Virus record (IMG/VR): IMGVR_UViG_3300006151_000005
Coordinates: 32,001 to 96,000 of that record
Length of the DNA stretch: 64,000 nucleotides
Reading direction: 5' to 3' (one strand)
Source: a virus
Taxonomy: Duplodnaviria > Caudoviricetes
The position numbers were made by a program, and so were the translations under genes. Below the pieces are notes generated by a model that did not search any database, was not told the DNA's origin, and saw only the letters and a list, made by a program, of their open reading frames with translations. Positions 39,563 to 50,175 of this stretch are shown one piece after another; positions within the stretch are counted from its first letter, which is position 1, and each line of letters starts with the position of its first letter.

Positions 39563-41020
39563 ATGAATAACTACTTACAGCAAATCTTAACCTATTTCCG
39601 AAACCTCACGCTAAATGCGTCCGGGGTTAGCCGCGACCTGTATCAGCTTTTGCAGGATAAGGACATCAGCCGCGCATTGGATATGCTCCAGAACCGCGAT
39701 GATGAAGTTGACCAAGCAATCAAGGAGTATAATCCGCAGACGCATGACGTGATGAAACGCCCCAACAAATTCCGTAAAGGCGATGACCCCTATATCACGG
39801 AAAAGTTGCCACGCACACGCGCCCGCTACATCAACGACATCGAGCTATTCTTCTTGCTCGGCAATCCTATTGAATGGAAGAAAGAAGAGGGCGACGATGA
39901 AGCCTTTTCGCTATTCACAGATTTTCTGGAAGAGCAGCACTTCAATTCACGCATCCGTCAGGCGAAACGACTTGCCGGCGCGGAAACCGAGTCAGCCCTT
40001 ATCGCGCACATCTACCGCGATGATGATACAGGCGAGCGTCGCGTCAAGCTGAATGTATTGGCGCGTTCCAAAGGCTATCGCCTGCGCCCACTGTTCGACA
40101 CCATCGGCAACATGATCGCCTTTGCATACGGATACGTGACGAAAGAACATGGCCGCAGTATTCAGCACTGGGATTTCCAAACACCCAAAATCCTTGCTTA
40201 CTGCCGTAAGGCGCAAATCGGATGGGAAGTCGAAATCTATCCCAATCCCACCGGCAAGATAAACGTCATCTACTTTCAGCAGCCAAAGGCATGGGATGGC
40301 GCGGAAGCCCGCATCAACCGCGAGGAGATGCTTGACAGTAAGACCGGCGACACCAACAATTACTTTTCCGACCCCATCGCCGCCGCCACTGCCGACGTCA
40401 TTCAGACCATGACCGACCCCAACAAGCCCGGAAAGCTCATTCAGCTTACAGGCGAAAAGTCAAGGTTTGAGTACGTCAACCCACCGCAGGCATCGCAGAC
40501 ACGCGACGCGGAAAAATCCGACCTTTCAAAGAGCATCCTTTTTGATACCTACACCCCGGATTTTGACACCGAGGCCATGCGTGGCTTCGGCACGCTTTCC
40601 GGTGTGGCAATCCGCAACGCTTTCATTCTTGGCTACATCAAGCGCGACAACCGCAAAGAAATCTACGATGAACTTGTGGGCCGTTTCCGCAATATCGTTA
40701 TCGCCATACTTGCATACGAGCATCCCGATAAGAGAAAAGCTCTGGAGTCACTCAAAATCAAATTTGAATTTGCGGAACCATTCGCCGATGACAAGCAGGC
40801 GAAGTGGCAGTCCATCGCAAGCCTGTATCAAGCCGGTCTGATTTCGTTGGAAACCGCCGTGACCATGTTGTCGCTGACCGATGCACCAGAAGAAGAAATC
40901 GCTCGCCTCCTCGCGGCTTCCGCACAGAAGCAACAGCAGGGTCAGCAGCCTTCCGCAAACAAAGAAGACAATCCGGCACAACCCCCTGTAAATATTCCGC
41001 GAGAACCTATATCAGCATAA
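39563..41020 (+). CDS. Portal protein (SPP1 gp6-like)
   Basis: Follows TerL; FLLGNPI, NNYFSDP, LSGVAI, ISLETA...EEEIARL. Confidence 0.85.
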   Translation: MNNYLQQILTYFRNLTLNASGVSRDLYQLLQDKDISRALDMLQNRDDEVDQAIKEYNPQTHDVMKRPNKFRKGDDPYITEKLPRTRARYINDIELFFLLGNPIEWKKEEGDDEAFSLFTDFLEEQHFNSRIRQAKRLAGAETESALIAHIYRDDDTGERRVKLNVLARSKGYRLRPLFDTIGNMIAFAYGYVTKEHGRSIQHWDFQTPKILAYCRKAQIGWEVEIYPNPTGKINVIYFQQPKAWDGAEARINREEMLDSKTGDTNNYFSDPIAAATADVIQTMTDPNKPGKLIQLTGEKSRFEYVNPPQASQTRDAEKSDLSKSILFDTYTPDFDTEAMRGFGTLSGVAIRNAFILGYIKRDNRKEIYDELVGRFRNIVIAILAYEHPDKRKALESLKIKFEFAEPFADDKQAKWQSIASLYQAGLISLETAVTMLSLTDAPEEEIARLLAASAQKQQQGQQPSANKEDNPAQPPVNIPREPISA

Positions 41021-41176
41021 TATCTGCCATTGTTGTCATATCTGGATGCGTCACGTCTGAGTTAAAGGCGTGGCGCATTGTTTTACGCTATCAGCGCAAA
41101 ATCAGCGCGTTAAAGCAAACACTTTTATTAACAATAGTTAAAAGTAAGTATTTACTTTAATATTTTCGCTAAAATA

Positions 41177-41208
41177 TTTGGTGGATAAAAGTAAAAGCAT
41201 TAACTTTG
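41177..41208 (+). promoter_or_regulatory. Promoter/operator copy 4
   Basis: TTTGGTGGATAAAAGTAAAAGCATTAACTTTG. Confidence 0.7.
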
Positions 41209-41246
41209 CATCGTAATCAATAACAAACCCCAATAAGTAAGAAGTT

Positions 41247-41510
41247 ATGAAACTTAAAGACAATGGCCAAATCGCAATCGACTCGGCAGACATACTGAAA
41301 CAGAATCGCTATCGTTTTGAAATCGATACAGAAGACATCGTGATGGGCTTCGCTAAAACGATGAAAACGACAACGCGCAACGTTCAAAAAGCAATCAACA
41401 TGATTAAAAAGGTGTGCAACGACTGCGGCACTTTCATCTCGCCCAGTGTGCGCATTGTAAGCGTCAGAATGTATCAGAACAACGAACTCGTTAAATCCCT
41501 TAACGCTTAA
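41247..41510 (+). CDS. Hypothetical early protein
   Basis: First ORF after the promoter. Confidence 0.55.
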   Translation: MKLKDNGQIAIDSADILKQNRYRFEIDTEDIVMGFAKTMKTTTRNVQKAINMIKKVCNDCGTFISPSVRIVSVRMYQNNELVKSLNA

Positions 41511-41515
41511 TCAGT

Positions 41516-41740
41516 ATGGCAAGAAAACACGACTACATGCTATTAGGTCGCCTTTTGTGCGACTGCAAGTATTATCTTGGCAACGGCAATCGTAAGGCCA
41601 AACATCTATGGGCTGGCGACGAGCAAGAGCAGATAGATAAGATGCGCGAGCTATGGGATGCAATGCCGGCAGACGGCAAACCAGAATGGCTCACAAGAGA
41701 ACAGATTGACAACTACGCCAAACAGATGGGCGTTAAATGA
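41516..41740 (+). CDS. LPD11-like (large polyvalent protein-associated domain) protein
   Basis: YMLLGRLLCDCKYYLGNG...LWAG...QIDKMRELW...KPEWLT. Confidence 0.7.
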   Translation: MARKHDYMLLGRLLCDCKYYLGNGNRKAKHLWAGDEQEQIDKMRELWDAMPADGKPEWLTREQIDNYAKQMGVK

Positions 41741-41741
41741 T

Positions 41742-43197
41742 ATGGCTATGGCAAAAGCAAAATACAACCTCGTTACAACGACAAGAACAACCGCCGGCGC
41801 GGAGTCGCAGTACGTCAACCCGCTTGGCTCGGTTGAAACCGACGGAATGGAAGATGTTATCCTTGCATGGTGCATCATCGACTATTCAAATGCCCTTATG
41901 AAGAAGCTCAGGAGTGAGGGCTACAAGGTCGCCAACGTTGAAGACTATCAAGATTTTCAATGGCGCAAAATTACCCTGTCTGACGGCACGACAATGACCA
42001 TAACCACTCAAGCAGCGTAATATGTTAGCCACGGATAAGCAAATCAACTATCTGCAACAGTTAGCGGATAAGGTAGAGCGGATGCACAAGGCGCACCCCG
42101 GCGCGGTCAAGTGCAAAACCCCATACATCGACTGGCATACGGAACGACACAAGGGCGTGACAACACTGGATGCCTCAATCAGAATCAAGGCATACAAGAC
42201 CATAATCCGGGAAACCAATTTTACTTTCATGCTTCTTGGCTTCGCCCAGATGTAACCCCAAAGAATAGCGAATAATGGCAACACTTATAAAGGCAGACGG
42301 AACGCAGACCGTCGTACACCCACAAGCCGGCATCGGCAAAAAGTTTACCCTCAAAGAAATGCAGACCTTTGTTGATGGCTACGTGCAATACATCTACCTT
42401 GAAAGCGGAAAGATAGCCGTGGTCAATGAAGAGGGGCGCATCATAGGGCTTAAACCTAACGCCCGCGCAAGCCTTGTAACCGGCTACAATCTTGTTGGCG
42501 ATGTCTTAATTTGCGATAATGGCGAATTAGATTAGGTCAAGAGCAAGAAAATCACTAATTTTGCAGTACAACTAAACGAGAAAAGTACAATCATGGTAAC
42601 AATCAAGATAGAATTTGAATACGAGGGCAAGCAGCACAACCTCAAGGCGATGCTTAACAACGACCTGTCAAAGTTAAGTAAAAGTAAAAATAACAACGCC
42701 ACGGAAATTGTTGATGACTTCGGCGATGATGGGCGGTGGTCTTTGTATTTTGCCGATTTCGATGATGAGCATGATGTCGAAGTGATGATGTATCGTGATG
42801 CTGATGGCGATAAACAGCTTGAGGCTGATTATGCAATTATTTGGAACAAAGGCAATAATGGTGTCATAGAAGATGAGATTGATGTAAAATCCAGCGTTAA
42901 ACACACCTAAAGCATATCATGGAATCCGAGAATTATTACGAGGTGTTTACCAATGTCAATCATGCTGCAAGTAAGCTCTATGTGGTTGAAATGGCTTTTT
43001 CGCTTGAAGAAGCACACGAAACGCTTAAAGGCATGAAATCAAAGGTATGCGGAAAGCGACCTCGCAAATTCAAAGGTACATACGCCGATGATGAAGATGC
43101 GCCACTCGTTAACTTTGAAATTGTGCGCGTTATTGATGGCTGCGCCGAAGAAGATGCCACGTATCAGACAGATTGGTATCACGCATTACGAAAATAG
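41742..43197 (+). CDS. Five small early proteins (41742-42020, 42022-42255, 42275-42535 DUF3846-like, 42593-42910, 42919-43197)
   Basis: Closely spaced ATG ORFs; 42275 has LKEMQTFVDGY...VNEEG...N...GDVLI. Confidence 0.55.
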
Positions 43198-43255
43198 AAT
43201 TACTTGATGAAACAAAGATATTGATTACAAGCGTCTTCATACGCACTTATTGGGT

Positions 43256-43287
43256 AGCCTCGGCACTGCGCCGGGGCTTTTCTTTTG
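43256..43287 (+). terminator. Intrinsic terminator
   Basis: AGCCTCGGC-ACTGC-GCCGGGGCT followed by TTTCTTTT. Confidence 0.7.
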
Positions 43288-43346
43288 CACTGGCGTTCCG
43301 CGATTAAATTTGATGCTTATTTTTCTTGAAAAAAGTTGCTGAAAAA

Positions 43347-43378
43347 TTTGTACAATTAAAGTAATTACTTTAACTTTG
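43347..43378 (+). promoter_or_regulatory. Promoter/operator copy 5 (perfect palindrome)
   Basis: TTAAAGTAATTACTTTAA at 43356-43373 overlapping TAACTTTG. Confidence 0.75.
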
Positions 43379-43404
43379 CGGTGTAATCAATAACACCAAT
43401 ATAA

Positions 43405-44414
43405 GTGAACAGTATGGATACGACTAAAGAACTGAACGCAAGACTTGAGATAGTAAACCTCAAGGGATACAGATTCAACACGCCCAAAGGCATCTGTACG
43501 ATGCGCGGCTTCGCCTTTTACATCAAGGGCAAAGGCTTTGTTAGATTCAAGCACGACCTCCCCGGCATACCTTATGCGCCCTGTGGTGGCAGAAAGGCGT
43601 TGCTTTCAATCCTGAACAGTGGCGGCTTCGTGAACTATGACAGCTTAGAATTTACCAACCCCATCAGCGAAAACTAACACGACCATGACAACAGAACAGC
43701 GCAAAGCGATAGCTGCGGAAGCAAAGATACCATTCTGTAACGTGGCAGCTTTCAGAAATCCCGACAATGCAAAGAGTTATCTTCGGCACACGGTCAAGAT
43801 GAACATGATGATGCGCGTCAAGGGCGAATACTGGATAGTGTCGCCTGCGGAAGCTGAACGCCTCAATATACTTGGTTACGAATACGCTAAATTTTAATCG
43901 CCATGACAGCAAAGCAATCCCTTAAAAATTACATAGCCTATCTTATCGGCAAGGGTCAGAGTATCGGCTTACTTGAAGCAGTCAAGGCAGACGTACCACG
44001 CACCGACGGCATCGCCGGCACACGCGAATTTGAAATCACGGAACTTTACCGCGATGGTCGCGGTGTTTGCCACATCAGCGACGGCATCAATCGCCGCAGT
44101 GTTCACGAACTTACGGAAAGCCAGTGCAAGCATATTCTTGTTAACCTTTAATCAGCAGCATCATGGGTATATTAAGACTTAAACGAGTTCACGGAACGGA
44201 TTACGAAAATTTCAATGCCGGCTATGCGCTCTACGAGGATGAAGCCGGTCGCCAGTATAGCGGATATGTAGGTCGCGGAAACACGCCAGACCCTCGCTTC
44301 TGGGCTACACTAAATCAATATTGGGAACGTGACCTCAGTATCTTCACACGCGAATATTGCGAATATCAGGGCATCGACCACCAACAGTACACGCAGATTG
44401 AAATCATCGCCTAA
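43405..44414 (+). CDS. Four small early proteins (43405-43677, 43685-43897, 43903-44151, 44163-44414)
   Basis: Closely spaced ORFs after the promoter. Confidence 0.55.
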
Positions 44415-44563
44415 CAATCTCGCCATCAGTGAAAAGTGGAAGCCGACGGCTCTAATCGGCTTATAATAGGCATGTAGCTACGTTTGCCGGGATTTGAATA
44501 GCAAAAGTTAAAGCATTTACTTTGTTAAATAATCTTAAATAAAAGTATTTTCTTATATTATTA

Positions 44564-44595
44564 TTTGGTAGATTAAAGTATTTACTATAACTTTG
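44564..44595 (+). promoter_or_regulatory. Promoter/operator copy 6
   Basis: TTTG...TAAAGTATTTACTATA/TAACTTTG. Confidence 0.7.
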
Positions 44596-44621
44596 TAACC
44601 GTAATCAAAACCCAATAAGAT

Positions 44622-47057
44622 ATGAAGACTACAAACAACCCCTACAAGATTGAACATGTCAGCGATTTTGGCATGGCCTATTATCAGGTAGTGCGCAAGC
44701 GCGATGAAGCCATTCTCTACGCCAATAGCAACATTGACAACATCGCCTCTTTCATTCTTGACGAGGGCATCGACGTGGCCGGCTTTGACGCAGTGCCAGA
44801 ATTTGCAAACAATCACGTTTTCTAAATATGAACGACCATGAACGCTACAATAGAACTTATACAGGAGCCCACCCCAAGGGGCGAATACAAGCCGACAACG
44901 CTTGACGAGCAAAAGGCTAAAGCTGACATTCTCGTTACGGCGATTGACAGCCACTATGAAATCGTGGTAAAGAACCCAAGTATAAAGCTCAAGGGGCGCG
45001 GCATAAAGCGCAGCAAGTATATCGGCAACATCTTCTATGTGACCGAGCACGTCTATGAACAGCTATGCAAAGAATACAACGTAATGTGTGACTTCTAAAT
45101 CATCCCGGCTATGACATCAAAAGAGAAGATATACGTGCAAATCCTTGAAACACGGAACGCGATAGACGAGCTGAACGGCAAAGAGCCACGCTACGACATC
45201 GACAAGTGCCTACGCACCAACTATGCGCAGACGCACACAAGGGCAGAACTTAACGCAGAACTGGGCATCGCCCAATCGTGCCTACGGAACGACCGGAGCA
45301 AAAAGGCGATTGAAAAATGGTACGGAACACCCGCCGGCATCGCCTACCGCGAAGAGCGCGAGGCCAAAATCAAGAACCTACGGCGCGAAGTCTTGAATAC
45401 CCACCGCGATACTACAAGCGACGTGCATCGCTTCATTTATCAGCATCTCGGCAAGCAGTGGCGTGTGCGCGTCATCGGCGAAAGAGCCATGACGATAGAA
45501 CTACTTAATAAGGACGGAAAGAGCCAATTCGGTTACGACATCGAGCTTTACTACGGTCACGAAACACGCGACCCGGATAAGTTTGAAATCAGTTGCTCAA
45601 GTGTCGGCGGCTACGACCCCACACAGGACTCAAGCAGACTTGACTATTTCATAGGCCTGACCACGCTTTCAAAGTATGACGTGGCCACGGAACTAAAAAG
45701 CCTCTTGAAGTCTTTCTCGGATTATTGCTACCGACAGGGCAATGAAATCTACCGACTTGAAAACGAACTTGAAAACCCACCTTACAATGGCTAAAAAGAA
45801 AGAACCGGTATTATGCTACTTTCATTTCATGTATAACCAGTGGAATGAACAGACGGCACAAAAGGTATTTGCAGACGCTTCGTGCGGCTGGGAGTACCTA
45901 TGGCAGAAGTGGATGCGTTTCTGCGATGAATACGGCTACTACGGTGCGATAATGATGTATTACACCGAGGGTCTTGACTACGGACTACAAGAAAAATTAT
46001 CAACAGCAGCATACGAGTACTACAATGACAAATAAAACCAACTTACCACCCATCGACCTCAAGCAATTTGAGGCCGACACACGGTTTGACATTCGCGACG
46101 CGATGCCCGAACTTGCCGTGTTCACAATCTTATGGCATAACATGGGCTACGGAACCGACCCCGTAGGAGTCGCCGAAACTACAAAGGCGCACATGCTGAC
46201 GCTGCCCTTTGTCTTCGCAATACGCGACCGACTGCGCGAAGACGGCAGATGGCCGGAAGCGCACAACCTTGAGAACTGTGGCATCCTTACGTCGATACTG
46301 ATGCTCAAGGCCGCGAAGATTGAACCGGTAAAGCTGAAAGAAATGCGCGACACAATCTCGCGTGAGGCAATCGCCCATAGATTCTTTTAACGCCCATGTT
46401 CAACGAATTTCAAACCATAAAGACGCTTGCGGAAGTAAGGGCTTTCGCAAGCTATCTTTACTTTGACCTTTCGACCACGTTTCATCCTGACAATGATTTT
46501 GCGGAATACGTGACCCAAGACGGTAATCCGGCGTTTACGCCAATCCGCGCATCCCGGCTTAACGAGCGCATGTCCGAATGTCGTGAGGTCTGCGAGGCTT
46601 TCGGTGTCGACGTTTGCGACTTCATGGATGTTGCCGGCATCTATTTTGAAGCCATCGCATCCGGGCAAGATGTAGAACAGGCAAGAAACGCCGCTTATTT
46701 CGCGTCTGACGGCTCGGAATAGGTCAAAACGATAAGATGTACCACTCGCACGTCAAACGCCGTTTATTGCGCTTCTTTCGCGCTGATACGGCTATTTTAT
46801 CCCGTCGCCCACATACGACATAACGATAACCGCAACAAAAAACCGACATAGATATGACATTAGATAAATTTCAGCAGCAATCAATTGCCCACGTCAAATG
46901 GGGCTGGACTGGCGACTACGCCGCGCACTTGTTAAGCCGGTTCAATGACCGCAAGGAATGTAGCAAGATATTCAGCCGTTGCCGACTGGTCGCATATCGC
47001 AACTGCATTTCAATCGGTGATGCCCGTCATCATCTGATAAGTGCCGGCAAGATTTGA
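44622..47057 (+). CDS. Seven small early proteins (44622-44825, 44838-45098, 45111-45794, 45787-46035, 46025-46390, 46396-46722, 46854-47057)
   Basis: Consecutive same-strand ORFs of unknown function. Confidence 0.55.
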
Positions 47058-47564
47058 AACGCCTGAACAAAGACGGAAAAAGTGACGTTATATTTCTTTC
47101 ATTCTTTCATTCTTTATTATACTCTCTATATTCTTTATTCTTGTTTATGGCTGTAAAACCCGATTTAAGTAAAATAGCACCTTTGGAACGCGCTGATTAT
47201 TAAGGTGTTGAACGGATATTTTGCTGGCGGCTTGTTGGCTATTGGATGTTTCTTTGATGGCTGGCGTGTTTAAGTAAACATAGCCTACTGCACTGAAAAT
47301 AAAAGAGTTTGTCGATGTATTTTGTTGGTCATTGACTCCGATTTACTTAATAAGGTTTATTAAGTAAAAACGCACAAAAATCGCGGAAAAATCGCCTTGA
47401 TGGTTGTCTGATGTTGCTTTGATGGCTATTTGTTGGCTATAAAATTAAGTAATTTGTTATAATATGCTGATATACAGATTAAAACAAATATATTTTGTTG
47501 GCTGAAAAAATGCGCCGAGTTATGTCGTAACCGGCGCATCGTGATTTTGCTGAAATATAAGGAT

Positions 47565-48185
47565 TTACGGCTTTCGTTTCCCAAGGATAAACGAATGGTA
47601 GTCACCGAACTTCCGGCGCACGATATACGCTCCTTTTTCAAGTCGTTCCCATCCAGCTTTCACATCTTTGATGTCGATTCCGAGCGCCTTTGATACCATG
47701 ATGTCAGTTACACAGAAAGGCGCGTCACCGGCTGATTTTATTCCATTCCGAAGATAGGCGTATATCGCTACATCGTAGGCGGTTAACGAGATATTCGGAA
47801 TGGGTAACACCTTGCCATCGGCAAGCTCTTGGCGCATCTGGTCGGCCAGTCGTTTTGACTCCGCGAATACGGATTCAAGGCTTTCAACCGGTCGATGCGC
47901 CTGCTGACGTTCAAGTTCCATCCAGCGCAACACAAGTCGCGCACGAGATTCATCGTTGAACTTGGTGGCGATGTAGAGGCACTCTTCTTTCGTTAGATTG
48001 TAGCAAGGGAGGACGCGCCCGGTTGGGTCGGTGTATTCACTAAGCGTAAAATTGCGCCCAGTAACCTTATACCACGCTTCTTCCATTTTGCGGATTGAAC
48101 GCATCAGGTCTTTATGACGTTTCTCCGCTACTTCTGCAATTAAGAGCGATGTCATTGTGGGTTGTTGAATTGGTAATGTTTCCAT
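47565..48185 (-). CDS. Rha-family phage regulatory protein with C-terminal winged-helix-like domain
   Basis: MTSLLIAEVAEKRHKDLMRSIR...NFTLSEYTD...PCYNLTKEECLYIATKFNDESRARLVLRW. Confidence 0.85.
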   Translation of the reverse strand: METLPIQQPTMTSLLIAEVAEKRHKDLMRSIRKMEEAWYKVTGRNFTLSEYTDPTGRVLPCYNLTKEECLYIATKFNDESRARLVLRWMELERQQAHRPVESLESVFAESKRLADQMRQELADGKVLPIPNISLTAYDVAIYAYLRNGIKSAGDAPFCVTDIMVSKALGIDIKDVKAGWERLEKGAYIVRRKFGDYHSFILGKRKP

Positions 48186-48234
48186 TTGTTGTCGGTTTGT
48201 GGACGACCCATGTTTCAGAGTCGCCCGGATTAAT

Positions 48235-48498
48235 TTAAGCTGCGGCTACTGATTCTATCAGTTCCGTATCTATAGCTGCGAATGGTACGTCAATTTCATT
48301 GCCGTCCTCATCGCACGTCCATACATTGTAGCTGAATATCTCAAGAGTGGGTTTGTTCTGCGCGTACACGGATACGGTGATGTCATTACCGACCTCTATC
48401 GTGAGGTTGAAATATCCATGCACAACCGGGTTGAGGGCGGCCACGGCTGCGGCTACGGCAAGCGATGCCGTTTTTGAGTCGAATTTGATTGCTTGCAT
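48235..48498 (-). CDS. Hypothetical protein
   Basis: ORF within the minus-strand operon. Confidence 0.5.
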   Translation of the reverse strand: MQAIKFDSKTASLAVAAAVAALNPVVHGYFNLTIEVGNDITVSVYAQNKPTLEIFSYNVWTCDEDGNEIDVPFAAIDTELIESVAAA

Positions 48499-48526
48499 AG
48501 TCTTTGATTTTATGGGGTTGATGTTG

Positions 48527-48856
48527 TTATACAATTTTCACAAGATTGCACTTCTTGAAAGAGCGAAATTCCTGTTTGTCGGTGTCGAAGTACACCTGAA
48601 CGGTTTCGTTGGCTCTGCGGCCTGTGCCTTGCGTTTCTGGCAGACGGTGAGGGTCAAGTGTGCCAAGCGCTTGTCTTAACGTGCCGTCGATTTTCTGAAA
48701 GAAGAATTGCACGATACCGCCACGCATAGCCTTTGTTACTTTGGCGTTGAGCCATGCTACCTTGAGGGCTTCTGCCATCGTGTAACCGTTACGTCTGACG
48801 AACATCCACGCGGTCTGCATGATTTGTCGCAATTTTGATTTTCTATCGTTGCTCAT
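48527..48856 (-). CDS. DUF2693 / WYL_2 SH3-fold protein
   Basis: IMQTAW...ALKVAW...FQKIDGTLRQALGTL...YFDTDKQEFRSF. Confidence 0.75.
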   Translation of the reverse strand: MSNDRKSKLRQIMQTAWMFVRRNGYTMAEALKVAWLNAKVTKAMRGGIVQFFFQKIDGTLRQALGTLDPHRLPETQGTGRRANETVQVYFDTDKQEFRSFKKCNLVKIV

Positions 48857-48900
48857 ATTCTTGGTCTTTAATTGTTGTTTAACTTTGATGATGCAAAGAT

Positions 48901-49068
48901 ATAGGATAAAATCTATATCTCAAAATAAATTATAGGGTAAATTCTATTTCTTAACAAAGATTAACAATAGGTTAAACTCTATGCTTTAATTAAAAATATA
49001 GAATATAAGTTGTGAGTTTAATTATTTCTTCTTAACTTTGCGCCGTAAAATTATAGAACAAACCCTAT
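48901..49068. promoter_or_regulatory. Divergent promoter region with four ATAG-N8-CTAT operators
   Basis: 48901 ATAGGATAAAATCTAT, 48932 ATAGGGTAAATTCTAT, 48967 ATAGGTTAAACTCTAT, 49053 ATAGAACAAACCCTAT. Confidence 0.7.
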
Positions 49069-49336
49069 GGATATAAAACAAAAAATCAAAATGCAGGGCT
49101 TCACCATTAGTGAAGTCGCATCAAAGATGCCAAATGGCAATGGCGGATTAGGGATAAGCCAACCATCCCTGTCGGCTATTATCAACGGAAATCCCACGGT
49201 CAATAAGTTGAAAGACATCGCCGACATAATTGGACTTACCTTATCTGAACTTGTTTCAGAAGATGATGGAATGAATATGATAGCGGCTTGCCCTCATTGT
49301 GGAAAGCCAATAACAATCAAAACTACAATAGAATGA
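49067..49336 (+). CDS. XRE HTH regulator with zinc ribbon (paralogue 2)
   Basis: ISQPSLSAIINGNPTVNKLKDIADIIG...CPHCG. Confidence 0.82.
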   Translation: MDIKQKIKMQGFTISEVASKMPNGNGGLGISQPSLSAIINGNPTVNKLKDIADIIGLTLSELVSEDDGMNMIAACPHCGKPITIKTTIE

Positions 49337-50055
49337 AACATTTACTTAAACCAGCAATCATCCTTGTTTTGGGAATGATTGTCTTATATCTCCAATCATG
49401 CGACCGACCTAATCAAGTTGATAATACGCTATTTGGGTTTCGTTTTGGGCAAACACAAATGGAGGTTGATAGCGTTGCGTCTAATAGAGGTTTCCGAAAA
49501 CTTGCATGGGTCAATTCCACCGGTTATGAGGGACGACTTGATACGCTTGGTGTTAGATGGATGCAGATAGAAGCAAGGTTTGAAAAAGATTCTCTCTGTT
49601 CCATTGCACTACTCGCGCATAAGGATTCGGAAGATGATGGTCGTGTTTTCGAGAGTAAGATTAACGATGTGCTGGAAAACCATTTTCATGTATTCGGAAA
49701 GCGGTTAGAGCAAGAACCGTATGAAGAATATGGAGCATGGATTTTTGGCAATTACGTTGTTTCGTTTATCCCCAAAGGAGAATATTTTGCAGTTTTGCAA
49801 ATATGCCCATATTCCAAAGATAATGCTAAAACGGCAAGGCTTGAATACATCGACTATAAAATAGACGAGAACTTAAAGAAGCTCGCTAACGCTATGGCTG
49901 GTTATATTAAGGCAAGAGAAAGTGGTCAATCTACCATGAGGGAAGTTTATGTGGATGATGTACGCTCTGCAAATGGTTTTCTAAATAAACATTACGACCT
50001 TATGACCCCCAGACAAAAGGAACTCTTTGACAAACTAAGGAATATTACTTATTGA
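49333..50055 (+). CDS. Putative lipoprotein
   Basis: Signal peptide MKHLLKPAIILVLGMIVLYLQSC; lower GC than flanks. Confidence 0.65.
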   Translation: MKHLLKPAIILVLGMIVLYLQSCDRPNQVDNTLFGFRFGQTQMEVDSVASNRGFRKLAWVNSTGYEGRLDTLGVRWMQIEARFEKDSLCSIALLAHKDSEDDGRVFESKINDVLENHFHVFGKRLEQEPYEEYGAWIFGNYVVSFIPKGEYFAVLQICPYSKDNAKTARLEYIDYKIDENLKKLANAMAGYIKARESGQSTMREVYVDDVRSANGFLNKHYDLMTPRQKELFDKLRNITY

Positions 50056-50076
50056 TTTATTTGGAATAAGCAAATA

Positions 50077-50115
50077 AGCGCATCAGTCATCACGACCGGT
50101 GCGCTTTCTTTGTTT
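50077..50115 (+). terminator. Intrinsic terminator
   Basis: AGCGCATCAGTC...GACCGGTGCGCT followed by TTCTTTGTTT. Confidence 0.6.
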
Positions 50116-50175
50116 ATAAAAAAGGCGACACGCCTCTCAGCGCATCGCCACAGGAAAGGGTGTGTGAAAAAGGGG

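Noticed and set aside
41061-41141. Another TGA-GTT-AAA context opening a 26-codon frame after the portal gene
   Set aside because: Short, no basic N-terminus like the others, and runs into the AT-rich promoter; likely chance, so not counted as a GUU-start gene.
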